Assembly: GCA_045534445.1 (NCBI GenBank)
Contig: JAZSJQ010000057.1
Coordinates: 24,548-88,547 of the forward strand
Source: Acutalibacteraceae bacterium
GTDB lineage: Bacteria > Bacillota > Clostridia > Oscillospirales > Acutalibacteraceae
Direction: 5' to 3'
Length of the DNA: 64,000 nt
The notes under the pieces: generated by a model
Told to the model about the DNA's origin: nothing
Seen by the model: the letters and a program-made list of their open reading frames with translations, nothing else
The model's database searches: none
Position numbers and translations under genes: made by a program
Shown: piece by piece, positions 16,794 through 26,249 of the stretch
How positions within the stretch are numbered: position 1 is the stretch's first letter
How the letters are laid out: each line of letters starts with the position of its first letter

Positions 16794-18821
16794 ATGGAAC
16801 AGATCAAAATTACAATAAACGGCATTGAAATGACCGGCAATAAAGGCGACACCATATTAAATATCGCCGCTAAAAACGGAATTGAAATACCCAATCTCTG
16901 CTACAGTCCCAACTTAAAGCTTTATGGTGCCTGCGGACTCTGTCTTGTTGAGGCTGAGGGAAGCCCCAAGCTTCTTCGTGCCTGCTCGACAGTTGCTTCT
17001 GACGGTATGGTCATCAATACTGAGGGGGCAAGAGCAAAGAGTGCGAGAAACGTTGCTCTTGAGCTTATCATGAGCGATCACGAGGGTGACTGCAAGGGAC
17101 CTTGTTCCCTTAACTGCCCTGCTCGTACAGATGTACAGGGTTATCTGAAGGCCATTGCAGAGGGCAATGACAAAGAAGCTGTCAGAATAATAAAAGAGAA
17201 AATTCCCATTCCTGCTTCTATAGGCCGTGTCTGTCCTCACCCCTGTGAGGCAAACTGCCGCAGAGCACTTGTGGAAGAGCCTATTTCTATCGCTTTTCTT
17301 AAAGCTTTTGCAGCTGACAATGACCTTGCATCCGATGAACCTTACAAGGCTTCACCCAAGGCTGACACAGGCAAGAAGGTCGCAATCATCGGCGGTGGTC
17401 CTGCAGGACTGAGCGCTGCTTACTATCTGCGCCTTGCAGGTCACGCTGTTACAATTTACGATGCCATGCCCGAAATGGGCGGTATGCTTCGCTACGGTAT
17501 TCCCGAATACCGTCTTCCCAAGGCTGTGCTGGCTCAGGAAGTTGCGGCTATCGCTTCTATCGGCGTTGAGATGAAAAACGGCGTTAAGCTGGGTTGTGAT
17601 ATCACTCTTGAGGAGCTTAGAAAAGAATTCAATGCGGTTTTAATTGCTGTTGGCGCATGGAAAAGCAGTACTGTTGGCTGTGAAGGCGAAGACCTTGATG
17701 GCGTATTGGGCGGTATTGACTTCCTCAGAGAGGTCAACATGGGTGTTATTCCCAACATCGGCAAGAATGTTGCTGTTGTCGGCGGCGGCAACACCGCTAT
17801 GGACGCTTGCCGTACCGCTGTGAGATGCGGTGCTGAAAATGTATATGTTATCTACCGCAGAACAAGAGCTGAGGCTCCTGCGGAGGATATTGAAATTGAA
17901 GAAGCCATTGAAGAAGGCGTACAGTTCAAGTTCCTGACTAATCCTGCTGAGATTATCGGTGAGAACGGAAAGGTTACTGCAGTTAAGCTTCAGATTATGG
18001 AGCTTGGCGAGCCCGATGCTTCAGGCAGACGTTCTCCTGTTCCCGTTGAGGGCAAGTTTGAGGTATTACCTATCGATACTCTTATCTCCGCTATCGGTCA
18101 AAAGTGTGATCCTGCGGGACTTACCGATATTGAGCTTTCCCGCAGAGGTACTGTTACCGCCAATGAGAACAACTGCGTGACAAATCTTGAGGGTGTATTT
18201 GCCGCAGGTGATGCCACAAACCGTGGCGCTTCCATTGCTATTGATGCTATCGCCGAAGGTGACAGAGCCGCTATGGCTATTGATGCTTACTTAAACGGCA
18301 AGCCTATGGTATTCCCCGAGCCTTATTATTCAAAGCGCAATGTTACCGCCGAGATGCTTTCAGACAGAGAAAAGGCTCCGAGAGCGGTTATGTCTGTAAA
18401 AGAGCCTTCTTACAGACGAGGCAATTTTGAATCTGTCATAAACGGATTTACAGAAGAGCAGGCAAGAAAAGAGGCTGCAAGGTGCTTAGAGTGCGGCTGT
18501 CACGATTTCGCAGACTGCAAGCTTATCCGCTATGCTAACCTTGAACCCATCAATCCCGACCGCTTTGCAGGTGCAAAGCACAAGTACTTCAAGGAACAGA
18601 AGCTTGTTTCCATAGAGCGTGATCAGGGTAAATGCATACTTTGCAATCTCTGTGTGCGTACCTGCCGTGAAGAAGTCGGTGCAGGTCTGCTTGGTCTTGT
18701 AGACAGAGGCTTTGCGACAGTCATCAAGCCCGAATTTGAGGGCGATGCAGCAGCAAGATGCAAGGATTGTCACAAATGTGCTGATCTCTGTCCCACAGGC
18801 GCACTGAAGATTCTGGGATAA
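16794..18821 (+). CDS. Fusion protein: N-terminal [2Fe-2S]/His-ligated cluster (HydA/NuoG-like), GltD/NfnB-like FAD-NAD(P)H oxidoreductase and C-terminal ferredoxin motifs
   Basis: CYSPNLKLYGACGLC, DHEGDCKGPC, KVAIIGGGPAGLSAAYYL, VVGGGNTAMD, CILCNLCVRTC...CKDCHKCADLCP. No H-cluster motifs were found. Confidence 0.85.
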   Translation: MEQIKITINGIEMTGNKGDTILNIAAKNGIEIPNLCYSPNLKLYGACGLCLVEAEGSPKLLRACSTVASDGMVINTEGARAKSARNVALELIMSDHEGDCKGPCSLNCPARTDVQGYLKAIAEGNDKEAVRIIKEKIPIPASIGRVCPHPCEANCRRALVEEPISIAFLKAFAADNDLASDEPYKASPKADTGKKVAIIGGGPAGLSAAYYLRLAGHAVTIYDAMPEMGGMLRYGIPEYRLPKAVLAQEVAAIASIGVEMKNGVKLGCDITLEELRKEFNAVLIAVGAWKSSTVGCEGEDLDGVLGGIDFLREVNMGVIPNIGKNVAVVGGGNTAMDACRTAVRCGAENVYVIYRRTRAEAPAEDIEIEEAIEEGVQFKFLTNPAEIIGENGKVTAVKLQIMELGEPDASGRRSPVPVEGKFEVLPIDTLISAIGQKCDPAGLTDIELSRRGTVTANENNCVTNLEGVFAAGDATNRGASIAIDAIAEGDRAAMAIDAYLNGKPMVFPEPYYSKRNVTAEMLSDREKAPRAVMSVKEPSYRRGNFESVINGFTEEQARKEAARCLECGCHDFADCKLIRYANLEPINPDRFAGAKHKYFKEQKLVSIERDQGKCILCNLCVRTCREEVGAGLLGLVDRGFATVIKPEFEGDAAARCKDCHKCADLCPTGALKILG

Positions 18822-18831
18822 TAAAAGTTTT

Positions 18832-18897
18832 GAGCATTGATTTATCAATGCTCCGCTTTCCATACATTTAACCCTCAGGCAGGAATGTCTGAGGGTT
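18832..18897 (+). terminator. Two consecutive hairpins after the flavin-complex operon
   Basis: GAGCATTGA-TTTA-TCAATGCTC (18832-18853) and AACCCTCAG-N10-CTGAGGGTT (18870-18897). Confidence 0.55.
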
Positions 18898-18967
18898 ATT
18901 GTTTAATATTGATTTTAGCTTTTTACCGAGATATAATTCAATTATATGCTTGAATGAGGTGATTAAG

Positions 18968-19573
18968 GTGCTTGTTTTATGCTCAAACGGATTATCAAGC
19001 GATGCACTGCTGGCACATATCCGCAGCAAAACAGCTGCTTGTAAAACAGCTGCATTGGTTGTGACCGCAGACAATGAATACAAGGAAAACAATTATCACG
19101 TTCCCAGATGCGTTTCGGAATTGGAGACCCTGAATCTTCATGTTGATATTTTCGATTTGGATAAGCAATCTGCTGATTTGTTGCTGAATTATGATGTTGT
19201 TGAATTTATCGGAGGGAATCCTTATTATTTGCTGCACTCAATTCGAAAAAACAACGCTGTGGAAATATTAAGAGATATTGCTGCTGACAAAATTCTGATT
19301 GGCTGGAGCGCTGCTGCATTTGTTTTTTCTCCTACACTTGAATTGGTGAACTGTTATTCTCCCGAAATGAATTTTCTGGAAATAACGGATCTGAGCGCGC
19401 TCTCTTTAACAAGCGTTCAGGTGCTGCCGCACTATAGTAAGTTTCTTACAAGATTTGAGCGGTTTGAAGAAAAGTGCTGTATTTACGAAAAAGAACATAA
19501 TGTTAATGTAATCCGTATAAACGACGGTGATGGAGTGTTTATTGACGGAGAAGTTCGCCTTTGCAAAGTATAG
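18968..19573 (+). CDS. Peptidase S51 (dipeptidase E-like) family protein
   Basis: VLVLCSNGLSS...ALVVTAD...VEFIGGGNPYYLL-like GGNPYYLL motif...IGWSAAA. The GTG start at 18968 is preceded by GAGGTGA. Confidence 0.7.
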   Translation: MLVLCSNGLSSDALLAHIRSKTAACKTAALVVTADNEYKENNYHVPRCVSELETLNLHVDIFDLDKQSADLLLNYDVVEFIGGNPYYLLHSIRKNNAVEILRDIAADKILIGWSAAAFVFSPTLELVNCYSPEMNFLEITDLSALSLTSVQVLPHYSKFLTRFERFEEKCCIYEKEHNVNVIRINDGDGVFIDGEVRLCKV

Positions 19574-19732
19574 ATTCAAATTTAATGTATCATCCGATGA
19601 GCTGAAAGCGGCTTATTCCGAGAAGTTTGAGCGGAATATGACTCGGTGGTAATTTAGATCTGTTCTCTCTTTTCGTTTTCTCTCTCCCCCAGTCTGCTTC
19701 GCAGCCAGCCCCCTCGTCAGAGGGGGCCTTAT

Positions 19733-20941
19733 TTATCCATTGAAAACGTATTTACTGAGTCTGTCAAAGGCTTCTTTTACCCTTGAGAGAGGCAGGGCGA
19801 GGTTTACTCGGATATGGCTTTTGCCGTGGAAGGGTCTGCCGTCCTGCCAGTGGACGCCTACGTCCCAGCCGGCTTTCAGCAGGTCGTCTATTGTTTTACC
19901 ATGTGAGGTGCACCATTTTTCGCAGTCGAGGAACAGCATATATGTACCCTGCGGGCGGCTTACTTCTACACCTCCAAAGTGCTCATTTATGTAGTTAACG
20001 GCATAATCTACATTGCCTGTTATAGTCTCACACAGCTCCGAAACCCATATATATCCCTCGTCACTGTATGCGCCTATAAGAGCGTGCATGGACATTACGT
20101 TCATGGAGTTGTAGTGTGAAAGAGAGCTTTCCTTGTCGTGGCGGTCTTTCAGTGCTTTATTGTAGATAATATGATAACTTCCCACCAGACCTGCAAGATT
20201 AAAGGTTTTTGACGGTGCATAGAGGGCAACGGTACGCATTTTTGCGTCCTCACTGACGGACTGAGTCGGTATATGCTTATTTCCCGTAAGAATGATATCG
20301 CTCCAGATTTCGTCAGACACAACGGAAACATCGTGCTTTTTGTAAATCTCCATTGCCTTTTCAATTTCCCATTTCTCCCAGACTCTGCCTGTGGGATTGT
20401 GGGGTGAACAAAATATGGCGGCGTGTATCTTGTGCTCGGAAAGCTTCTTTTCCATGTCCTCAAAATCCATGCGCCATGTTCCGTTTTCGTTCTTTACAAG
20501 AGGCGAATGGATTATATCATAGCCGTTGTTTTCAAGGCTGTGAGTAAAGCCTATGTATGTGGGAGAATGGATAAGCACCTTATCCCCTCTTGAACACATT
20601 ACATTGAGGGCTGACACAACTCCGCCAAGGACTCCGTTTTCGTAGCCTATGTTTTCCTTTGTAAGCTCGGTTACACCGTTGCGTGTTTTCTGCCAACGGA
20701 TTATTGAGTCAAAATATGCATCTGTCGTCTCAAAATAGCCGAAAGCAGGGTGCTTTGCACGCTCGATCATAGCATCGGTTATGGCTGGCAGAACTGGGAA
20801 GTTCATGTCCGCAACCCACATTGGGATTGAATCAAAGCCTTCTTTTGGCGCTCCGATGCCGAAGGAGGGCTTGCCTATTGCGTCTATTGCTATTGCATCC
20901 TTGCCTCTGCGGTCAAGGATAGATGTAAAATCGTATTTCAT
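19733..20941 (-). CDS. MalY/PatB family PLP-dependent C-S lyase (aminotransferase class I/II fold)
   Basis: The 402-aa protein MKYDFTSILDRRGKDAIAID...SPHNPTGRVW...APSKTFNLAGL contains the PLP-lysine motif SKTFN. Confidence 0.88.
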   Translation of the reverse strand: MKYDFTSILDRRGKDAIAIDAIGKPSFGIGAPKEGFDSIPMWVADMNFPVLPAITDAMIERAKHPAFGYFETTDAYFDSIIRWQKTRNGVTELTKENIGYENGVLGGVVSALNVMCSRGDKVLIHSPTYIGFTHSLENNGYDIIHSPLVKNENGTWRMDFEDMEKKLSEHKIHAAIFCSPHNPTGRVWEKWEIEKAMEIYKKHDVSVVSDEIWSDIILTGNKHIPTQSVSEDAKMRTVALYAPSKTFNLAGLVGSYHIIYNKALKDRHDKESSLSHYNSMNVMSMHALIGAYSDEGYIWVSELCETITGNVDYAVNYINEHFGGVEVSRPQGTYMLFLDCEKWCTSHGKTIDDLLKAGWDVGVHWQDGRPFHGKSHIRVNLALPLSRVKEAFDRLSKYVFNG

Positions 20942-20951
20942 GGTAGTCTCC

Positions 20952-21791
20952 TTAAAATTTGACTGTCTGTCCGGCAGGGATCTTCACGGTGTTTTTTCCG
21001 TCAAAGCCCCAGAGGTCTGTTGCTGTGGGATTGCATACGACGCTTGCATCTGCCGAGAATACAAGCTCGGAAAATGCGTGGGTATAGTCATAGATTTCCA
21101 TATTTGTTGCATACCAGATATCATTGTGTCCGCCAAGCTTTTCCAGAGCATTTTCTATAACATACCAGTTGTCATCACGTTCAAACTCATAAGAATGTCC
21201 CCAGAGATAGAACAGCATGGGCTCACGGTCTGCTTCTTTATTCATGAATATGTCTGTAAGATCGGATAGCTTTTCGTCGTTGTGATGGCAGGTGGGCTTG
21301 AGTCGCAGCCAGTCACGGGGCATTTCAAAGCTATGGCTTGATTCAACGGTGCGGCAGTATTTTATTCCTGCAAGACGCAGAATCTCCACTACATCGTCGG
21401 AATACGCTCCGTAGGGGTACGCTCCGCCTTTTATAATGGTTTCATACTGCTGTTCAAGCATTCGGCGGTCGTTTATTATATCATACATTGCTTCGCTTGT
21501 CGGCAGAGAGTCCCAGAACGGGTGGTCTGTGCCGTGAATCGCAACCTCCACTCCCTCATGCCCGTATACTTTCTGACTTTCTGTAAGGCTCATTCGACGG
21601 TGTATCTGACCCTCGGGCCATCTATGTCCTTCGGGTGCATAGAGTCCTGCATTTATATTGAACGTGCCTTTGATGCCGTTCTTTTTCATTATTTCAATGA
21701 GACGGATATCCTGCTCCACTCCGTCGTCATAGCTTAAGGTCAGCGCCTTTGCCCGTCCCTCGGGAAAACGCATACGAAACTGTACTGCCAT
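20952..21791 (-). CDS. Polysaccharide deacetylase family protein (CE4)
   Basis: ...LTLSYDDGVEQDIRL...GTFNIN...AIHGTDHP... are NodB-type motifs. Confidence 0.85.
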   Translation of the reverse strand: MAVQFRMRFPEGRAKALTLSYDDGVEQDIRLIEIMKKNGIKGTFNINAGLYAPEGHRWPEGQIHRRMSLTESQKVYGHEGVEVAIHGTDHPFWDSLPTSEAMYDIINDRRMLEQQYETIIKGGAYPYGAYSDDVVEILRLAGIKYCRTVESSHSFEMPRDWLRLKPTCHHNDEKLSDLTDIFMNKEADREPMLFYLWGHSYEFERDDNWYVIENALEKLGGHNDIWYATNMEIYDYTHAFSELVFSADASVVCNPTATDLWGFDGKNTVKIPAGQTVKF

Positions 21792-21792
21792 G

Positions 21793-22251
21793 CTATGCCT
21801 CCTGATAATACTTTTCTATAATTCTATATCTGTAATAATTAGCCTGACGCTCAGATGCCGCATCACTTTGCTCTAAATCGATCACCCACTGAAAATAATG
21901 AGTCAGCTCATGAACAAGTGAGCTTAATATTTGCTCATATATTTCTTCTTTTGAAAATTCATTCAGCAAATCAGACTCAATTTTTGAAGGTATTCTGATA
22001 TATGGCGTTCTTTTTTCAAACCATCTGAAGCTGCCATATGCCATTATGCCATTTAATAATCTGACTTTTTCACAGTTTTTTATATATACGTTGAGACGGA
22101 CGGGAAATATATACCTTCTTCTCAGCCATTTTGCAAATAAAATGCAGGCTTTTCGCAAATCATCATCAATACCCTTTTCGTAGTGAAAGAATATTCCTTT
22201 GTTGTCTGCTTTTAAACCTCGCTCGGTCTCAAATTTCTGCCAAAGATTCAT
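21793..22251 (-). CDS. Hypothetical protein with HExxH motif (152 aa)
   Basis: It carries LVHELTHYFQW near the C-terminus, and I recognise no other family signature. It ends 1 nt before the deacetylase start. Confidence 0.6.
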   Translation of the reverse strand: MNLWQKFETERGLKADNKGIFFHYEKGIDDDLRKACILFAKWLRRRYIFPVRLNVYIKNCEKVRLLNGIMAYGSFRWFEKRTPYIRIPSKIESDLLNEFSKEEIYEQILSSLVHELTHYFQWVIDLEQSDAASERQANYYRYRIIEKYYQEA

Positions 22252-22327
22252 TCTCCCACCCTTTCATTCATAAAATTAATTTTACCACACTCTCCACGTT
22301 TCTGCAATAACTCATGACTGCAAACGC

Positions 22328-22357
22328 AAAACGACGGCACTGATTCAGTGCCGTCGT
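22328..22357 (-). terminator. Intrinsic terminator after the lipoprotein gene
   Basis: ACGACGGCACTG-ATT-CAGTGCCGTCGT, followed by TTTTG on the minus strand. Confidence 0.8.
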
Positions 22358-22361
22358 AATT

Positions 22362-22970
22362 TTATTCAAAGGTGAAGAAGCCGTAAACCTGCTCCACATT
22401 CATTATGCTGTAGTAACCGAGGGTTTCGCCTCTTACTTCTTCATATCTGCCGGGCCACCAGCTAAGGAATTCCTCGGAAAAATCATAGATGGGAGTGTCG
22501 GGTTTAAAAAGCATGAAGGTCTCGCTGTCTTCAAGTCCGTAAGGATATGATGCTATATATTTCACACCGTCTTCTATCCATTCCTTGCCCATCTCGTCCT
22601 TTACGGTAACCTTGCCGATGGTCATTTCATAGCTGTACTCATCAACCTTTGTGATGTTCTCAAAGCTGCCGCTGAATTCACAGATGTAGTAGCTTCCATT
22701 CGGGTAATCTTCGCCTGTTGAACCCATTTCAGAATCATGATATTTGCCTGTGAATGTGCCGTCGGGGTTCAGGGTAAGCTCTGTACCCCAGCCGCCTGCA
22801 CCGCTGGAGAAATAAAAATCAAGGGGCAGGAAATCAAGCTCGGTTTCTGTTTTTTCCGTCTTGCTTTCTGTCATTGTCTGAACCGATTCGTCATCCTTTT
22901 TCTCTGATGCACAGGCTGCACAGCACAGAAGCAGGGTCAATGCCAGAAGCATACTTATTATTTTTTTCAT
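22362..22970 (-). CDS. Lipoprotein of unknown function (202 aa)
   Basis: MKKIISMLLALTLLLCCAACAS is a signal peptide with a lipobox Cys. Confidence 0.75.
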   Translation of the reverse strand: MKKIISMLLALTLLLCCAACASEKKDDESVQTMTESKTEKTETELDFLPLDFYFSSGAGGWGTELTLNPDGTFTGKYHDSEMGSTGEDYPNGSYYICEFSGSFENITKVDEYSYEMTIGKVTVKDEMGKEWIEDGVKYIASYPYGLEDSETFMLFKPDTPIYDFSEEFLSWWPGRYEEVRGETLGYYSIMNVEQVYGFFTFE

Positions 22971-23029
22971 TTTATCACCTTCCCTGTTTTTATCTTACCA
23001 CTTTTGTCCGTTTTTCCAACATAAAATTA

Positions 23030-24262
23030 TCACACAGGAGAAAAAACTGCGGTGACGCTCATTGCGCCGTCCTTTATCTGTGCGAAGACCTCGCCGTGCA
23101 TCTTGTTCATAATGCATCGGCAGATATATAGACCTAATCCGCTGCCGTTTTTGTCTGCGGCATTGGTGCCTCGCCAGAAGCTGTCGAACATATGAGGCAG
23201 TTCGCTTTCGGGCAGTGTACAGCCCCAGTTTGTAACGGTCACAAGGCGGCAGCCCTCTTCTTCGGTTACGTCTATTGATATTCTTTTGCCGTCACCGTAT
23301 TTTATGGCATTCTCCATTATATTCTGGAGCACCTCTGTCCCTCGGTCACAGTCGCCGCGAATCAGGCAGTTGCTGTAGTCGGAAACGGAAAATTCCGTCT
23401 TTAACAGGCGCAGCTTGTCCTTATAGAAATCGGTCACTCCGCCGAGCATTTCGGAAAGGTAAAATTCGCCGTCTTGCACTTCTATCGACAGGAAATCCTC
23501 CTTTGATGCTTTCACTATGCCCGAGACATAACCCTCTATCTCATCTGCCTTTTCGTTTATGCTCTCTGCTATTTCTGCCTGCTTTTCCGTGTCCTCATAA
23601 AGACCCTTTGAAAGCGCCTTTGAATAAAGCTTGATTGCGGAAAGGGGAATCTTGATGTCGTGAGACAGGGAGAGAATCAGCTTTTTGCGCTCTGCCTGCA
23701 GGCTCATCTCTGTTTCCTTATTCTGTTCGAGCTTCTCTCTGAGCATGTCCATGCCCCATATGAATCTGCCGAAATAACGCTGGCGGTTTTCCTTCAGTGG
23801 CATTGTAAGATTGCCCTTTGACAGCTCGTAGGGCATTTCGCGAAGGGTCAGAAAGGGCTTTACCACACGGCGGCGCAGGTACAGAAGTACTGCAATCACA
23901 ATTGCAGCCATTACGCCAAGAGACAGGTTTACCGTTGTTATTATATTCTTTTCCATGCCCTTTGACTCGGAATAATCAAAACGGTAATATCTGCCGTTTA
24001 TCTCCCTGATAAGATAATCGCTGCTGCCTCCTGTTATGCCCTCATTCCCCTCAATGAGAAAAACGGCCGTCAGTGTGGGATAATCAGACAGCAAAAGGGC
24101 TTCCATGCCCTCTTTTTCTATCACTGCTGCCGCTCGGGCGGCGTCTACTCTGTGCTGTCTGCCCTCTGACTGCGCCGATGAGCCCATCCACAGATTGACT
24201 CCTGCAAAAATCAGTGTTGCAAGCAGAATTACTGTTATAAGCAATCGGTTGAAGGCTTTCAT
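23030..24262 (-). CDS. Sensor histidine kinase
   Basis: Two N-terminal TM helices flank a roughly 100-aa loop. H-box SLSHDIKIPLSAI, and N/G boxes (NAIKYG, GSGLGLYICR). The ATG of MKAFNRL... lies 7 nt after GAGGAG. Confidence 0.9.
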   Translation of the reverse strand: MKAFNRLLITVILLATLIFAGVNLWMGSSAQSEGRQHRVDAARAAAVIEKEGMEALLLSDYPTLTAVFLIEGNEGITGGSSDYLIREINGRYYRFDYSESKGMEKNIITTVNLSLGVMAAIVIAVLLYLRRRVVKPFLTLREMPYELSKGNLTMPLKENRQRYFGRFIWGMDMLREKLEQNKETEMSLQAERKKLILSLSHDIKIPLSAIKLYSKALSKGLYEDTEKQAEIAESINEKADEIEGYVSGIVKASKEDFLSIEVQDGEFYLSEMLGGVTDFYKDKLRLLKTEFSVSDYSNCLIRGDCDRGTEVLQNIMENAIKYGDGKRISIDVTEEEGCRLVTVTNWGCTLPESELPHMFDSFWRGTNAADKNGSGLGLYICRCIMNKMHGEVFAQIKDGAMSVTAVFSPV

Positions 24263-24266
24263 GTTT

Positions 24267-24932
24267 TCACTCCTCAAATCTGTAGCCTGTGCCCCAGACG
24301 GTAAGAATGTGCTTCGGATTTTTAGGGTCTGCTTCGATCTTTTCTCTCAGCCACTTTATATGGACCGTGAGAGTCTGAGGCTCGGAATCACTGTCAAAGC
24401 CCCATATTCTCGAAAACAGCATATCCTTTGAAAGGGTCGTTCCTCTGTTTTCCATGAACAGCTCAAGAAGGTCCACTTCCTTGGCGGTCATTTTGAGTTC
24501 TTTGTCCCCGCATCTGACAACGCGGCGCACTCTGTCAAGGGTGATATCGCCGCAGGTAAGGCTGTCCTGCTCGAATCTTCTGCGGAAGATGCCCTTGATT
24601 TTGGCTATCATGATGTCGATATCAAAGGGCTTTTCTATGTAGTCATCTGCGCCGAGAATCAGCCCGTTGAGCTTGTCTTCCTTGGTTATTCTGGCACTGA
24701 CTATGAATATGGGCGTGTTTTCCTTTTCCCTTATCTTTCTGCACACTGCAAAGCCGTCGATGCCAGGCAGCATTACATCAAGAATTACGAGCTTTGCACC
24801 GTATTTTTCGAATATGGAAAGTGCCTTTTCGCCGCTGTCGGCATGGCTTACGGTGTACCCCTCCGCCCGAAGAAAATCGCAGAGCAGAGCGGATATTTCT
24901 GTATTGTCCTCAACTACAAGTATATCGGTCAT
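24267..24932 (-). CDS. OmpR-family response regulator
   Basis: Receiver domain (ILVVEDN...LVILDVMLPGIDG) plus a winged-helix output domain (...LTVWGTGYRFEE). Confidence 0.95.
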   Translation of the reverse strand: MTDILVVEDNTEISALLCDFLRAEGYTVSHADSGEKALSIFEKYGAKLVILDVMLPGIDGFAVCRKIREKENTPIFIVSARITKEDKLNGLILGADDYIEKPFDIDIMIAKIKGIFRRRFEQDSLTCGDITLDRVRRVVRCGDKELKMTAKEVDLLELFMENRGTTLSKDMLFSRIWGFDSDSEPQTLTVHIKWLREKIEADPKNPKHILTVWGTGYRFEE

Positions 24933-24994
24933 AGCATTATCCCCTTTTATATGGGTTTTGCAGAGACGGTAAAAAACCGCCTCTGCTGTGATAA

Positions 24995-25444
24995 TCAGAT
25001 TATAAAATTAACAAGTGCAAATATTATATGGCAGACGGAGAATATAGCCGCAGGAACAAGTGCTATTGCATTTTTGCGGTCTATGGCAAAAAGCAGAAAT
25101 GCAAGGCATGGCAGTACGGTCATGCCGAGAATTACGGAGACTGCGGTAATTCCAGTGTAGTACAGCACCCAGCAGACATAGTAAAGAATCACGCAGGCTG
25201 CTGATGCACCGATTACAGGGGTCAGCGCAAGCTTTTTCCGCTTTGTGTTTATAAACGCGCAGAGTGAAAACACCATTAGCACCTGACACACCGATGCAAT
25301 CATGTCAATTACGGGAGTTAACGACTGGGTTCTGAGTACATCATTCGGCGCAGGAATTGCAAACCATATGATGTTCGGTATCATGACTGCAAGGAAAAGC
25401 ATCAGTCCCCACACATCAAAGCCCATTCTGTAGTTTTTCAGCAT
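24995..25444 (-). CDS. Small integral membrane protein (about 4 TM, 149 aa), unknown function
   Basis: Hydrophobic helices run throughout. It sits between the ABC ATPase and the response regulator in the same orientation. Confidence 0.65.
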   Translation of the reverse strand: MLKNYRMGFDVWGLMLFLAVMIPNIIWFAIPAPNDVLRTQSLTPVIDMIASVCQVLMVFSLCAFINTKRKKLALTPVIGASAACVILYYVCWVLYYTGITAVSVILGMTVLPCLAFLLFAIDRKNAIALVPAAIFSVCHIIFALVNFII

Positions 25445-25463
25445 TCTGCCATTCCGCCTCTCT

Positions 25464-26231
25464 TTACCATCCCATTTCCATCAGCCAGTTTGAAATTGCA
25501 CGCTCTCTGTCACGAAGCGGCGATACGCCGTCGTACATATCAAGATTATACTCGCCCTTTATGTTTCCGTCAACGATGTACATTACCCTCGTGCAGCGAG
25601 CGGCGACCTTTGTATCGTGGGTTACCAGCATTACGGTTGTACCCTCGCGGTTTACAGCGCCCAGCATATCCATTACTTCGTCCGATGCTGAGCGGTTGAG
25701 TGCGCCTGTGGGCTCGTCGGCAAAGATCATCTTCGGCTTATTGATAAGGCTTCTGCACAGGCAGGCGCGCTGGAGCTGACCGCCTGATACTTCGTCTATG
25801 CCATTGTCGGCAGTTTCGATTATGCCCTGCTTTCTCATAAGCTCGCGTCCGCGCTCGGCTTTTTCCTTTCTGCTTTCATTTATCTTCTTTGACTGGCAGG
25901 AAGGCAGGAGAATATTATCGAGAATATTGAGATTCTTGAGCATGTACATCTGCTGGAAGATAAAGCCCATGTGGTCAAGTCTGAGAGCGGAAAGCTCCTT
26001 ATCGTTCATTGCGGCAATGCTCTTACCGTCAAAAAGCACATCTCCTGCGGTGAGCTTATCCATGCCCGACACCGCATAGAGCAGTGTGGATTTACCGGAG
26101 CCCGAGGGACCCATGACAGCTACCATTTCGCCCTCGCTGACAGAAAAGTTTACGTTCTTGAGTACATTGTTCTGACGCTTGTTGAGTACATAGGTCTTGC
26201 AGAGATCCTTTACTTCGAGAATTTTATTCAT
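25464..26231 (-). CDS. ABC transporter ATP-binding protein (MacB/FtsE-like)
   Basis: Walker A GPSGSGKST, signature VSGGQLQR, Walker B MIFADEPTGALN. The C-terminal ...WLMEMGW tail is paralogous to 1398-2165. Confidence 0.94.
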   Translation of the reverse strand: MNKILEVKDLCKTYVLNKRQNNVLKNVNFSVSEGEMVAVMGPSGSGKSTLLYAVSGMDKLTAGDVLFDGKSIAAMNDKELSALRLDHMGFIFQQMYMLKNLNILDNILLPSCQSKKINESRKEKAERGRELMRKQGIIETADNGIDEVSGGQLQRACLCRSLINKPKMIFADEPTGALNRSASDEVMDMLGAVNREGTTVMLVTHDTKVAARCTRVMYIVDGNIKGEYNLDMYDGVSPLRDRERAISNWLMEMGW

Positions 26232-26249
26232 AACAGGTTTATCCTTTCT

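Noticed and set aside
19574-19651. A short open frame FKFNVSSDELKAAYSEKFERNMTRW* right after the peptidase S51 stop, considered as a possible gene remnant or frameshifted C-terminus.
   Set aside because: It is only 25 codons, has no start codon or RBS, and is out of frame with the upstream gene, which already has a plausible full length. That is too little evidence to call a pseudogene.
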